Shown: positions 1-9,245, counted from the stretch's first letter. The stretch is 24,000 nucleotides of DNA from Rhodococcus sp. 4CII (GCF_014256275.1 NZ_JACCFE010000002.1:4222489-4246488), one strand, 5' to 3'. Translations and numbers: made by a program. The notes: generated from the sequence alone by a model not told the origin.

Positions 1-1
1 C

Positions 2-1024
2 CTCGTGGGGCTCGGCAGCGTTGGCGTCGACGTTGGTCGGACGCTCAGCCGACGTGAGGACTGCGCCGTGGTGGGCGCGCTGGACATCCAGCCTGCACTG
101 CATGGCCGCGGTGTCGGCGAGTTGCTCGGCGTGGGTAGCTCCAGAGGGGTCGTGGTCGGTTCAATCGACGCATTGCCGAAGGCGGACGTGGCGTTCGTCG
201 CGACCACGTCGTTCGTCGAGCCGATCGAGCCGCTGGTCACGGACTTGCTTTCGCATGGTTACAACGTCGTGTCGATATGTGAGGAATTGGGGTATCCGGC
301 GCACGCTCATCCCGAGTTCTCGGCGCGGGTCGACGAGGTAGCACGCGCAAACGGCCGCAGCGTGGTCGGCACCGGATGTAATCCAGGCATGTTGATGGAC
401 ACCCTGCCGTTGCTGCTCAGCAGTTTGACTCAGCGCGTCGAGAGCGTGCAGATCGAGCGGGCCACCCAGATGGTGCACTACGGCCACATCCTCGGAAAGT
501 TCGGTATCGGCCTGACCGAGTTGGAGTTCGTGCAGGCCCAGGACGAGGGGCGGGTCATCGGTCACGTCGGATTCACCGAGAGCATCGCCGCATTGGCGGC
601 GGGACTGGGGTGGGTGCTGGACACGATCGAGGTCGACAGTCCGGCACCGGCATTTCTTACCGACAGTGAGCGGATCGGTGACAATGTCATTGTGGCGCCG
701 GGAACAATTGCAGCGGTCCGCCATGCCGCCCGGGGGATTCGGGACGGCGAACCCCTCATCGAGGTCGCCGTCCATTTCGGCTTCTTCGAAGACGGCGATC
801 CAGTCGTGCCCGGCGACCGGTGGCTGATCGAGGGTGAGGAGCAGACTCTCGAGTTCATCGCGCCACGTGGGCTGGACAGCCTGCAGTCGACTGTCGCGGT
901 CGCGTCGAACGCGATCACGGCGATCGTCGACGCGGCGCCGGGCCTACGCACCATGGCCGATCTTCCGGTTGCGGCGGTCGCGTCGAAAGGTGCCCATCGA
1001 ATCCAGTCCACGGCTGTGGCGTAG
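2..1024 (+). CDS. NAD(P)H-dependent amine dehydrogenase / DapB-N-like oxidoreductase family protein (5' end cut by window edge)
   Basis: The frame is open to the window edge. N-terminal Rossmann-like GLGSVGVDVGR and the GTGCNPGMLMD motif are typical of the dihydrodipicolinate-reductase-N-like / 2,4-diaminopentanoate dehydrogenase / native amine dehydrogenase family. Third-position GC is strong. Stop is TAG at 1022-1024. Confidence 0.75.
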   Translation, partial: LVGLGSVGVDVGRTLSRREDCAVVGALDIQPALHGRGVGELLGVGSSRGVVVGSIDALPKADVAFVATTSFVEPIEPLVTDLLSHGYNVVSICEELGYPAHAHPEFSARVDEVARANGRSVVGTGCNPGMLMDTLPLLLSSLTQRVESVQIERATQMVHYGHILGKFGIGLTELEFVQAQDEGRVIGHVGFTESIAALAAGLGWVLDTIEVDSPAPAFLTDSERIGDNVIVAPGTIAAVRHAARGIRDGEPLIEVAVHFGFFEDGDPVVPGDRWLIEGEEQTLEFIAPRGLDSLQSTVAVASNAITAIVDAAPGLRTMADLPVAAVASKGAHRIQSTAVA

Positions 1025-1061
1025 TACCTGCCCCGAGTTCGAACGAATCGATACCACTGCG

Positions 1062-1098
1062 GATGCCGTGCAGTTCCCGATCGGAACTGCACGGCATC
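1062..1098. terminator. Perfect 16-bp stem / 5-nt loop hairpin between convergent genes (candidate bidirectional terminator)
   Basis: GATGCCGTGCAGTTCC-cgatc-GGAACTGCACGGCATC was checked base by base. It sits between the stop at 1024 (+) and the stop at 1103 (-). No clear U-tract is present. Confidence 0.55.
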
Positions 1099-1102
1099 AG
1101 TG

Positions 1103-1977
1103 CTATTCGGCTGAGAGTTTGACGATCGCGGCGAGGTCCTCGTTCGCGAGGCCGGCGGCGACTGCCCGGTCGAACACACCGGTGGTTGCCCGAATCATGT
1201 TGGCCGGTCCGTGCGGTGCCATGGTGTCGAGGAAGGTCTGACCGCCTCCTGGTAGACGGTGAGTGTCGCCCGCTCGGTGGCGAAAGTGCCGGTGTCCAAG
1301 CGGTTCAGGATGTCGTGGATCTCCTCGGAGAACTGATCGAGGGTGTGTGGCAGTAGGGACCGGAGCGCGTCGGTGCTGACACCGGCGTTGCCCATGTACC
1401 GGGCCGCCTCGATGAACGCCACCATGCTGGACATGTAGAAGGCGCCGACCAAGCCGGCGTCCATGACGTTGGCGGCGCCGTGGACGGTGCCGACATGCAG
1501 TGCCCCTCCGGCCAGCCCCCGAACGATGTCGCTGTGCGCCGTCCAGAGTTGCTCGGGGCCGGCGACCAGGATACGGGCCTCGGCGCTGCCGATCTGCTCG
1601 GGGAAGCAGAGGATTGCGCCGTCCAGATACGGCACGCCGTGTTCGGCCGTCCACGCCGCGAGTTCGTTGGCCTCGTCGGGTAAGCCGCTCGTCAGATTCA
1701 AGATCGTGCCGGCGACCCGGGCGGGGTCGATCTGTGTGAGCAGGGCGCGGACGTCGTCGGTCGTGCTGACACAGACGATGGTCAGGTCGGCGTTCTCGAA
1801 CGCCGACCTGACTTCGGTGAGGACGGTGGCGCCTGCATCGACCAGTCGCATGGCGCGCTCCGGGCTGCGATTCCATACTGCGACCGAATACTGCTTCGCG
1901 AGCGCAACCCGGGCTATCGCGGACCCCATGTTTCCGCAACCGATCACGGCCACATCGAGTTGATTCGTCACATCCAT
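1103..1977 (-). pseudogene. Imine-reductase / beta-hydroxyacid-dehydrogenase family NAD(P) oxidoreductase, interrupted by a 1-nt frameshift near 1247-1256
   Basis: The gene starts at ATG 1977 (MDVTNQLDVAVIGCGNMGSA, GxGxxG). That frame stops at 1195 after ...ATLTVYQEAV. The conserved C-terminus (QTFLDTMAPHGPANMIRATTGVFDRAVAAGLANEDLAAIVKLSAE) continues in another frame to the stop at 1103. Total length is 875 nt, which is not divisible by 3. It is colinear with the paralogue at 12218-13099, with room for exactly one residue at the junction. Confidence 0.7.
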
Positions 1978-2107
1978 GCGCACACTCCTCTTGTCAACCG
2001 AACAGAACAGACGAAACAAGTCTTTGTCCCGCGGGCGGAGCCGCCCCGATCGGGAACTCGCCTCGGCCCCGCCGGCTTCGGAGGTCGCCGGAGCGCCGCT
2101 GGGCGCA

Positions 2108-3562
2108 CTAGGCGAACTGAAGCACCCCATCGTCGGGATCGGCGCCGAGGATCTCCTTGGTGAGCTCGTGTACCTGCGGGTTCAGCCACGGGAGCCGATC
2201 GCCCTGCGACGGCATGTGATCCAGGTACCGCAGGAAGTATCCCGAGGTCACGCCGGTCATCCAGGGATCGCGGGGCATGTTCTCCTCGCCGGGACGCAAC
2301 ACCGGGGTCACCGACTTGGCGCCCAGCTTGTCCATTGTGGTGAGCAGTGAACTCCAGAACTGGTTGACCAGTTCGAGTCGCAGCGTCCACGACGAGTTCA
2401 GATAACCGTGTGCCTGCACCAGGTTGGGGACGCCGCTGAACGCGACACCCTTGTAGGTGTAGGTAGTGCTGAAGTCGACCGGGTGCCCGTCGACGGTGAA
2501 CGCAACCTTGCCGAGTGTGCACAGGTTCAGTCCGGTGGCGGTGACGATGATGTCGGCCTCCACCATTTCGCCGGACTCCATTCGGATGCCGTGCTCGGTG
2601 AACTCGGCGATGGATCCGGTCGCCACGTCGGCCCGGCCGGCCTTGATCGCTTCGAAGAGGTCGCCGTTTGGGACCAGGCACAGGCGCTGATCCCACGGTT
2701 CGTAGGACGGGGTGAAGTGCTTCTCACGAAACTCGGATCCGACGATCGCGTCGATCGCGTCGAACAGCGGCTTCTTGAACTCGTCAGGATGCTTGCGTGC
2801 GAACTGATAGTTGATCTGTTGCTGTTCCAAGTTGCGCAGGCGGACCGCGTCGAACGCGGCCTCGTCGCCGATTTCCGCACGCAACGTGATGGCGTCCTCG
2901 TCGACGTCGCTGTCGATCGCGACGTACGACGGCGAACGCTGCACCATCGTGACCTTGGTGGCGGTGCCGGCCATCGCCGGGATCAGCGTGATGGCCGTGG
3001 CACCGGAACCGATGACGGCCACTTTCTTGTCGGCGTAGTCGAGATCCTCCGGCCATTCTTGAGGGTGGACGATCGGGCCCTCGAAGTTCTCCTCGCCCGG
3101 GAATCGTGGTCGGTAGCCGTTCTCGTTGTCGTAGTAGCCCGAGGCCATGTACAGGAACGAGCACGTGATCGTTTCGTATCCGGCGGACGACCCGACCTGC
3201 ACCGTCCAGGTGCTGCTCTCGCTGGACCAATCTGCGCTCAGCACACGATGATCGACGCGAATGAAGGGACGCAGATGATGCTCCTCGACCGCCTCGTCGA
3301 GGTATGCGAGGATGGTTTCCCCGGCCGCGATCGTCTTCTCGTCCCGCCACGGCTTGAAGCTGTAGCCGAGGGTGAACATGTCGCTGTCGGACCGGATGCC
3401 CGGGTACCGGAACAGGTCCCAGGTGCCACCGAGGTTGTCGCGCTTCTCGAGCATGACGAAAGTCCGCTCGGGATGGGTGGTGCGCAGTTCGACCGCGGCG
3501 GCGATGCCGGAAAGTCCCGCTCCCACGATTACGACGTCGACGTGCGAATTTGTTGGCTCCAT
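2108..3562 (-). CDS. Type I Baeyer-Villiger / flavin-containing monooxygenase (EthA/MymA-like)
   Basis: 484 aa. FAD site VVIVGAGLSG, then GGTW, the BVMO fingerprint FEGPIVHPQEWP (FxGxxxHxxxW[P/D]) and the NADP site VAVIGSGATA. A GGGAG Shine-Dalgarno lies about 7 nt upstream of ATG 3562. Confidence 0.9.
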   Translation of the reverse strand: MEPTNSHVDVVIVGAGLSGIAAAVELRTTHPERTFVMLEKRDNLGGTWDLFRYPGIRSDSDMFTLGYSFKPWRDEKTIAAGETILAYLDEAVEEHHLRPFIRVDHRVLSADWSSESSTWTVQVGSSAGYETITCSFLYMASGYYDNENGYRPRFPGEENFEGPIVHPQEWPEDLDYADKKVAVIGSGATAITLIPAMAGTATKVTMVQRSPSYVAIDSDVDEDAITLRAEIGDEAAFDAVRLRNLEQQQINYQFARKHPDEFKKPLFDAIDAIVGSEFREKHFTPSYEPWDQRLCLVPNGDLFEAIKAGRADVATGSIAEFTEHGIRMESGEMVEADIIVTATGLNLCTLGKVAFTVDGHPVDFSTTYTYKGVAFSGVPNLVQAHGYLNSSWTLRLELVNQFWSSLLTTMDKLGAKSVTPVLRPGEENMPRDPWMTGVTSGYFLRYLDHMPSQGDRLPWLNPQVHELTKEILGADPDDGVLQFA

Positions 3563-3866
3563 GAAGTCACTCCCTACCGAACGGGCCGGCCGTTACTGAT
3601 GTCAGTTGGGTTGTTGTCGGGGCTCGATCGGATGCCACGGGGCGTGCTGCCGGCCGTGGAGCACCCGTATCTGAACCGAGGCAAAAATCTATTGACCTAA
3701 TCAAATGATCTGACTAACTAGTTTGCAGTAGGAACGGCATCCGCGTCAACAGTGCGAGCCGAATCGTAGCGCCGCGAACAGTCCGTTCGTCGATTTGACC
3801 TGCAATTTCCGTGGGCGGGGTCGCGCAACCGGGTCGGTGAACGAGTCGCGACCCGGCGAATGACCC

Positions 3867-3883
3867 TTGACGTCACCGGTGAC
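3867..3883. promoter_or_regulatory. Overlapping palindromes TGACGTCA / GTCACCGGTGAC in the divergent intergenic region (candidate operator)
   Basis: TGACGTCACCGGTGAC lies about 70 bp upstream of GTG 3953, inside the 390-bp divergent region between the BVMO gene and the plus-strand operon. A TTGACC and a TTGACG hexamer are present in the same region. Confidence 0.3.
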
Positions 3884-3952
3884 ACCCGCCACACTACTGA
3901 TCATATGACTTAGGCAGAGGTCTTGGTCAGTCTTTGAAAGGAGGTCGAGTAG

Positions 3953-4570
3953 GTGAGTTCTCTGACTGCAGAAGATGTGCTGGTCGCGGTCGAGCCGGAT
4001 CCGACGCCGCTGGTGTTGTCGGTGGCGCGGACGCTGAGGGCCAGCGCCGAGGTTCCCGAGTTGCGCGCGCTGATCGGCGGCACTACCGGGACGGTGGCGC
4101 TGAAGTCGGTCGCCGATCCGCAGGCGGTGACGCTCGATTTCGTCGACGGTCGCGTTCACGTGAGGCACGGAGTCGCCGGCGGTGTCGAGCCTCTCCAACT
4201 GCACTTCTACCCGGAATACACGGTCGTCGGAGGAGGTGAGCTCGGGGAGGCGGTCGGCCGGCTGCTCTCGCCGCCGCTGCCGGACTGGAATGTCGCTGCG
4301 CAGAAGTTCTGGGAACTCAACGCAGACTCGGCTGGATTCCCCGAGCAGCTGGTCATCGTGTGCACCGACGACGACGAGCGTGTCGTCTTCGGTGACGGCG
4401 GGGCCACTTTCGAGATCCACGGATCGGCTGAGTCATTGTCTGCAGTCCTCAGCGGCTGGTTCGATTCATTTCTCATCGCACTGGGTGTCGGTGCCGTCAC
4501 GATGGTCGGCTCGGCTGCGCAGGTCTCTGTGATGTGCGGTGCACACTGGAAGGTGCGGTTCAATGGCTGA
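3953..4570 (+). CDS. Hypothetical protein, possibly SCP2/sterol-carrier-like fold
   Basis: GTG start is preceded by GAAAGGAGG (3936-3944). 205 aa with good GC3. The pattern TVALKSVADPQAVTLDFVDGRVHV ... SAESLSAVLSG resembles SCP2-domain proteins, but this is a weak call. Its stop TGA overlaps the next gene's start (ATGGCTGA). Confidence 0.7.
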   Translation: MSSLTAEDVLVAVEPDPTPLVLSVARTLRASAEVPELRALIGGTTGTVALKSVADPQAVTLDFVDGRVHVRHGVAGGVEPLQLHFYPEYTVVGGGELGEAVGRLLSPPLPDWNVAAQKFWELNADSAGFPEQLVIVCTDDDERVVFGDGGATFEIHGSAESLSAVLSGWFDSFLIALGVGAVTMVGSAAQVSVMCGAHWKVRFNG

Positions 4571-5933
4571 AACAACGAGTGCCCGGGTCCGGCGGTGGCT
4601 GGACGAGCGGGCCATCACGTCGATTCGAATCGAGGCGACGAACCTCGACGGGACGTTCGTGGGAAAGTCGATTTCCCCGAAGAAGTTCCTGAGCGGACTC
4701 GAGACGGGATTTCCGTTCGCCGATGTCGTCCTCGGCAACGATCTCGGTAACTTTCCCCAGTTCGGTTTCGCCTTTCCGGAGTGGCGCGGCGATCTGCTGG
4801 ACATCTTCCTGCGTCCCGACCTGAGTACGCTGATCGAATGGGAGCCTGGCAAGGCATCCGTCATCGGCGACTTCTGGACCAAGACCGGCGCCCCGGTGTC
4901 GGTATGTCCGCGGAACCTCTTGCGCAAGGTGGAGCGGCAGGCTGCTGAAGAGGGCTACTCGGTGAAGGCGGCGATCGAGATCGAAGCGACCCTCTTCGAG
5001 GAGTCGGTTCACGAAGCGCGCCGCAAGGGATACAAGGATCTGACCCCGCTCGGCGGTCTGGCCGGCTCAGCCTATGTGCACGCCAAGTCCGGCGATTGGT
5101 GGCAGTTCCTGGACCGAGTGCAGCACCGTTTGGAAGAGCTGGGACTGGAGTGGGAGGCGTGTAACGACGAGGCGGCCGTCGGTCAGATCGAGATCAACGT
5201 CGCCGTCGCCGACATCGTCACCACGGCCGACAACTGGGCCCGGACCCGACAGGTCGTTCGTGAGGTCGCGAACGAGCTGGGTCGGTCGGTGACGTTCATC
5301 GCCAAGTGGTCCGACGCGTGGGGCCAGGCTTCGCATCTGAACATCTCGTTGGCGAACGAGGACGGCAACGCGTTCTTCGCCGAGGACGGACCGTCCGACG
5401 TGATGCGAAACTTCATCGGCGGCGTCGTGCAAACCATGCCCGGGGCAACCTCGCTGGCACTGCCGTTCATGACCTCTTACCGGCGGCAGATTCCGCTGGA
5501 AGGCCCGCCCACGACCGTCACCTGGGGCATCGACAACAAGACCACCGCCGTCCGTGCGGTGACCCGTCACCCGAAGTACTCGCGCATCGAATACCGGACG
5601 CCGGGAGCAGATTCCAACGCGTACCTGGTGGCTGCGGCGGTGCTGGGAGCCGGACTCCACGGTGTCGTCAACGGCGTCGAGCCGCCTGCCCCGTTCGTCG
5701 GCATGGCCTGGTGCAACCCGGCCGCCACCGAGACGCTGCCGCACACGATCACCCGCGCCGCCGATGCGCTCGCAGCCGACAAGGCACTGGCCCAGGTACT
5801 CGGGCAGGAATTCGTCGACTACTGGATCGGAACCCGACGCTGGGAATGGCTGGCGTTCCACACCATGGGTGGCGGCGACCCCGACTGCGGGATCACCGAC
5901 TGGGAACTCAACCGCTACTTCGAACTCGTATGA
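4563..5933 (+). CDS. Glutamine synthetase family protein, gamma-glutamyl-amine ligase type (PuuA / IpuC / GlnA4-like)
   Basis: 456 aa counted from ATG 4563, which overlaps the upstream stop. GS catalytic-domain blocks are AIEIEATLFEE, VTFIAKW, GQASHLNISL and RIEYRTPGADSNAYLVAAAVLGAGLHG. The track's start at 4539 is an upstream in-frame alternative. Confidence 0.9.
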   Translation: MAETTSARVRRWLDERAITSIRIEATNLDGTFVGKSISPKKFLSGLETGFPFADVVLGNDLGNFPQFGFAFPEWRGDLLDIFLRPDLSTLIEWEPGKASVIGDFWTKTGAPVSVCPRNLLRKVERQAAEEGYSVKAAIEIEATLFEESVHEARRKGYKDLTPLGGLAGSAYVHAKSGDWWQFLDRVQHRLEELGLEWEACNDEAAVGQIEINVAVADIVTTADNWARTRQVVREVANELGRSVTFIAKWSDAWGQASHLNISLANEDGNAFFAEDGPSDVMRNFIGGVVQTMPGATSLALPFMTSYRRQIPLEGPPTTVTWGIDNKTTAVRAVTRHPKYSRIEYRTPGADSNAYLVAAAVLGAGLHGVVNGVEPPAPFVGMAWCNPAATETLPHTITRAADALAADKALAQVLGQEFVDYWIGTRRWEWLAFHTMGGGDPDCGITDWELNRYFELV

Positions 5934-7042
5934 GCACGCGTATCAAGGCGGCAGTGCTCAACGCCGCGCCAGGTACGTTGGATATCGAAGAGCTGGTCAT
6001 CGACGACCCCGAACCCGACGAGGTGCTGGTCCGGATCGCGTACGCCGGTCTGTGTCATTCGGACCTGCACGAGATGGATGGAACCTTCGAGTCCGACACG
6101 CCGATCGTGCTCGGCCACGAGGCGGTGGGCGAAGTCGTCGAGGTCGGAAGCGCTGTGACGGAGTTCGGTCCAGGGGACACCGTCGTGACCTGTCTGTCGG
6201 TGTACTGCGGGTCGTGCGAATTCTGCCTGGCCGGGCAGCAGACCCTGTGCGCGCGTCGGGCGGAGTTGCAGCAGGGCCGCGCCCGGCCCCGTCTGACGAA
6301 CAGTCAGGGGGCGGCGGTGCGCGCCACTGCCGGGATCGGTGGTTTCGCCGAGATGGCACTGGTCCACAAGAACAGCGTCGTCGGGATCGCGCCGGGGGTA
6401 CGTCTGCAAACGGCGAGTGTGCTCGGCTGCGCGGTGACCACCGGGATGGGCTCGGTGCTGCAGAGCGCCTGCGTTCGTCCGGGGCAGACTGTCGCGGTGA
6501 TCGGGCTCGGCGGAATCGGATTCTCCGCGGTGCAGGCCGCCCGGCTGGCCGGCGCGGCTCAGATCATCGGCGTGGACGTCGTGCCGGAAAAACTGGAGCA
6601 GGCCAAGTTCTTTGGAGCAACGAACGTGGTGAATGCCCGCGAGACCGACCCGGTCGCGGCGGTGCGGGCGCTGACCAGCGGCGGCACCGACCACGCGTTC
6701 GAGGCGGTCGGCTCCGGGGCCACCGCAGGGCAGGCGTTCGCGATGCTGCGACCGGGCGGCGTGGCCACGGTGATGGGCATGATCCCGGATTCGCATTCGA
6801 TTCCACTTCGTGGATCCGAACTCTTCATGCAGGAAAAGAGCTTGCGCGGGTCGTTCATGGGATCGAACCACTTCAAGGTGGATATCCCCATGTATCTGCA
6901 GTTCGCACGGGCGGGACTGTTGCAGCTCGACGAGCTGGTCACCGCAGAATACTCACTCGAAACGATCAACGAAGGGTTCTCTGCCCTGGCATCAGGCAGG
7001 GAAATCCGCGTTGTCGCACGAATCGGGAAGGAGTCGACATGA
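5930..7042 (+). CDS. Zinc-dependent alcohol dehydrogenase (MDR family)
   Basis: ATG 5930 overlaps the previous stop (ATGA). Motifs are GLCHSDLH, GHEAVGEV, the structural-Zn cysteines CGSCEFCLAGQQTLC and the Rossmann VIGLGGIG. 370 aa. The listed 578-aa ORF is an upstream extension overlapping the GS-like gene. Confidence 0.9.
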   Translation: MSTRIKAAVLNAAPGTLDIEELVIDDPEPDEVLVRIAYAGLCHSDLHEMDGTFESDTPIVLGHEAVGEVVEVGSAVTEFGPGDTVVTCLSVYCGSCEFCLAGQQTLCARRAELQQGRARPRLTNSQGAAVRATAGIGGFAEMALVHKNSVVGIAPGVRLQTASVLGCAVTTGMGSVLQSACVRPGQTVAVIGLGGIGFSAVQAARLAGAAQIIGVDVVPEKLEQAKFFGATNVVNARETDPVAAVRALTSGGTDHAFEAVGSGATAGQAFAMLRPGGVATVMGMIPDSHSIPLRGSELFMQEKSLRGSFMGSNHFKVDIPMYLQFARAGLLQLDELVTAEYSLETINEGFSALASGREIRVVARIGKEST

Positions 7043-7821
7043 GACCACTCATCGGTATCACGGGCCGTTGCTATCGGCTGGAAATGGTGGCCGGTACATC
7101 GCCCCGCTTCACCGATCGGTTGACGAACTCCTTCTTCACCGACTTCGACCGGTGCGTGGCCGAAGCCGGAGGCATTCCGGTCAACCTTCCGTTCGTGTCG
7201 AGTTCGACCGGTGTGGCCGACAGGCTGGACGGGTTGATCGTGACGGGCGGACAGGACGTGCACCCGTCGCGCTGGGGTGGCATGCAGCCGGTCGACCCGG
7301 ATGCCGATCCGCGCCGGAACATCGACGTCATCGACTTCGAGCGGGACCAGTACGAGGCCGATCTGATTGCCGATGCGCTGTCTCTGGGCATCCCCATTAT
7401 CGGCGTGTGCCGCGGGCATCAGCTGCTGAACGCCGTCCTCGGCGGAACGCTGATCGAGGACATCGAGGAAACGTCAATCGTGCATTCTTCACCGAAGGCT
7501 GCCCCCTACGCCGGTGACGACAAGCATGTCGTCGAATTTTCCTCTGGCAGTGTCGGACGCCAGATCTACGGTGCCCATCGAACATCGAACTCATGGCACC
7601 ATCAGGCGGTCGACCTGCCCGGTGTCGGACTCACGGTCACCGGCCGAGCCACCGATGGAATTGCAGAGATGATCGAGCTGAGTGGCCGACCGGTTGTCGG
7701 CGTCCAGTGGCACCCCGAATGGCAAACCGAGCGTGACCCGATCTTCGATTGGCTCATCGAACGGTGCACGTGGACCATGGACGAGCGCCAAAAGGGCCAA
7801 CAGGACAGGAAGGTCGGTTAA
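7039..7821 (+). CDS. Gamma-glutamyl-gamma-aminobutyrate hydrolase family protein (peptidase C26, PuuD-like class I amidotransferase fold)
   Basis: ATG 7039 overlaps the ADH stop (ATGA) and follows GGAAGGAG. Nucleophile motif GVCRGHQLLN and the His/Glu motif VQWHPE are present. 260 aa. Confidence 0.9.
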   Translation: MRPLIGITGRCYRLEMVAGTSPRFTDRLTNSFFTDFDRCVAEAGGIPVNLPFVSSSTGVADRLDGLIVTGGQDVHPSRWGGMQPVDPDADPRRNIDVIDFERDQYEADLIADALSLGIPIIGVCRGHQLLNAVLGGTLIEDIEETSIVHSSPKAAPYAGDDKHVVEFSSGSVGRQIYGAHRTSNSWHHQAVDLPGVGLTVTGRATDGIAEMIELSGRPVVGVQWHPEWQTERDPIFDWLIERCTWTMDERQKGQQDRKVG

Positions 7822-7994
7822 CTCTCGGATCCGAGTTTCGGTCGAAATCGGCCTAGTCCACCACTGGATATGGTCAAGCGATTACACATGTTATGAGTCC
7901 CCGCACCCCAAAGGTGGTGCAAGCCAGCCCGTGTCGACAATCGTCTCGACAGGTTCGGGCTGGAGTTCAGTTACACGAGGAGTTGTCACCGGGT

Positions 7995-9245
7995 ATGGGT
8001 CTTCAATCTTCACTTGCCGCATTTCAGCGTTCCCGGAACAGCATTGGCGGCGGGGTCAGTTCGGGGCTGCGTGCGTCCATGCAGCCGCATCCGTTGTTCG
8101 TCGCGGAAGCTCGCGGCGCCCACGTCTGGGACCTCGACGGTGATCGCTATGTCGACTGTGTAATGGCATGGGGTGCAATGGTACTCGGTCACAGCGACGA
8201 ACGGGTGGTGTCGGCGGTCCGGGGAGTCCTGGACCGCATGCAGGTGGTCGGCACCGGTCACGTCCTGGAGTATGCGGCGGCGGAAGCGGTGCTGGACGCG
8301 GTTCCGCACGGTGAGCGCCTGCTGTGGAGCAACACCGGCACCGAGGCCGTGCAGGTGTCGCTGCGGCTGGCCCGGGCCGCGACCGGACGTCGACGCATCG
8401 TCAAGTTCGCCAAGAGTTACCACGGCTGGCAGGATTCGGTCTATGCGGGCATGTCGTCGGACGAGTACGGCAGGCCGACGCTGACCGCAACCAAAGGTCA
8501 GAGCCCGAGCGTCCTCGATGACCTGATCGTCTCGGAGTTCAACGACATCGAGATGATCACCGGCATTCTCGAGGACGCGCGCGAGCTCGAGATCGCCGCG
8601 GTCCTGCTCGACCCGATCATGAGCAACGCCGGGGTGACCGAACCGCTCCCGGAGTTCTTGCAGGCGGTGCGGGCGCTGTGCGATAAGGCCGGCGTGGTGC
8701 TCATCTTCGACGAGGTCATTGCTGGCTTCCGGATCGCGCGCGGTGGCGCCACCGAGCGCTTCGGGGTACGCCCGGATCTATCGGTGCTCGGCAAGGCGAT
8801 TGCCGGCGGGTTCACCCAGAGCGCGGTCGTCGGCCGCGCGGACTTGATAGATCAGGTCACCGACGGCGTGGTGCACGCCGGAACGTTCAACGGAAACCCG
8901 GTCGCGTTGGCCGCGGTCGAGGCGACGATGGGTGTGCTCGCGGACCCGGCGGTGTATGCGACGCTGGAGAGCAACGCGGCGCGGTTCCACGACCGGTTCG
9001 ATACGGTACTGGCCGACGCCGGAGTCCCGGCCCATCTGAACCGGGTCGGATCGTTGCTGCAATTCGTGCCGGAGGACGCGGCCACCGGGCTCCACGGAAC
9101 CGGCGGCATCTGGGGGAAGGTCCTGGGCGGGATGCTCGCCGAAGGCGTGATGTTCATGCCCTCGGGAAAAATCTTCCTGAGTACTGCGCACACCGCGGAA
9201 GACATCGACTTCATTGCCGAGGCGCTGAGCCGCGTCGTCGTCTGA
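7995..9245 (+). CDS. Class-III (PLP) aminotransferase, glutamate-1-semialdehyde aminomutase-like
   Basis: Motifs are WGAMVLGH, DEVIAGFR and LGKAIAGG (PLP lysine). ATG 7995 is preceded by GAGGAG. The track's start at 7893 adds 34 non-conserved residues. Confidence 0.85.
   Translation: MGLQSSLAAFQRSRNSIGGGVSSGLRASMQPHPLFVAEARGAHVWDLDGDRYVDCVMAWGAMVLGHSDERVVSAVRGVLDRMQVVGTGHVLEYAAAEAVLDAVPHGERLLWSNTGTEAVQVSLRLARAATGRRRIVKFAKSYHGWQDSVYAGMSSDEYGRPTLTATKGQSPSVLDDLIVSEFNDIEMITGILEDARELEIAAVLLDPIMSNAGVTEPLPEFLQAVRALCDKAGVVLIFDEVIAGFRIARGGATERFGVRPDLSVLGKAIAGGFTQSAVVGRADLIDQVTDGVVHAGTFNGNPVALAAVEATMGVLADPAVYATLESNAARFHDRFDTVLADAGVPAHLNRVGSLLQFVPEDAATGLHGTGGIWGKVLGGMLAEGVMFMPSGKIFLSTAHTAEDIDFIAEALSRVVV

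Noticed and set aside
1103-1939. 278-aa minus-strand ORF taken as a gene in its own right
   Set aside because: Only its last ~45 codons look like real protein; they form the C-terminus of the imine-reductase-like gene. The rest is an out-of-frame shadow of that gene. It is better explained by a frameshift.
2408-3700. 430-aa plus-strand ORF
   Set aside because: It is antisense to the BVMO gene, has no motifs and has low-complexity composition.
4521-4538. CRP-like half-match TGTGATGTGCGGTGCACA
   Set aside because: Spacing is wrong (N7), the right half is imperfect, and it lies inside coding sequence.
5306-5929. Upstream extension of the ADH ORF (578-aa version), and likewise 5662-7038 for the hydrolase ORF (719-aa version)
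   Set aside because: The extensions overlap the well-supported upstream genes in another frame and translate to Arg-rich nonsense. The conserved proteins start at ATG 5930 and ATG 7039, each overlapping the preceding stop.
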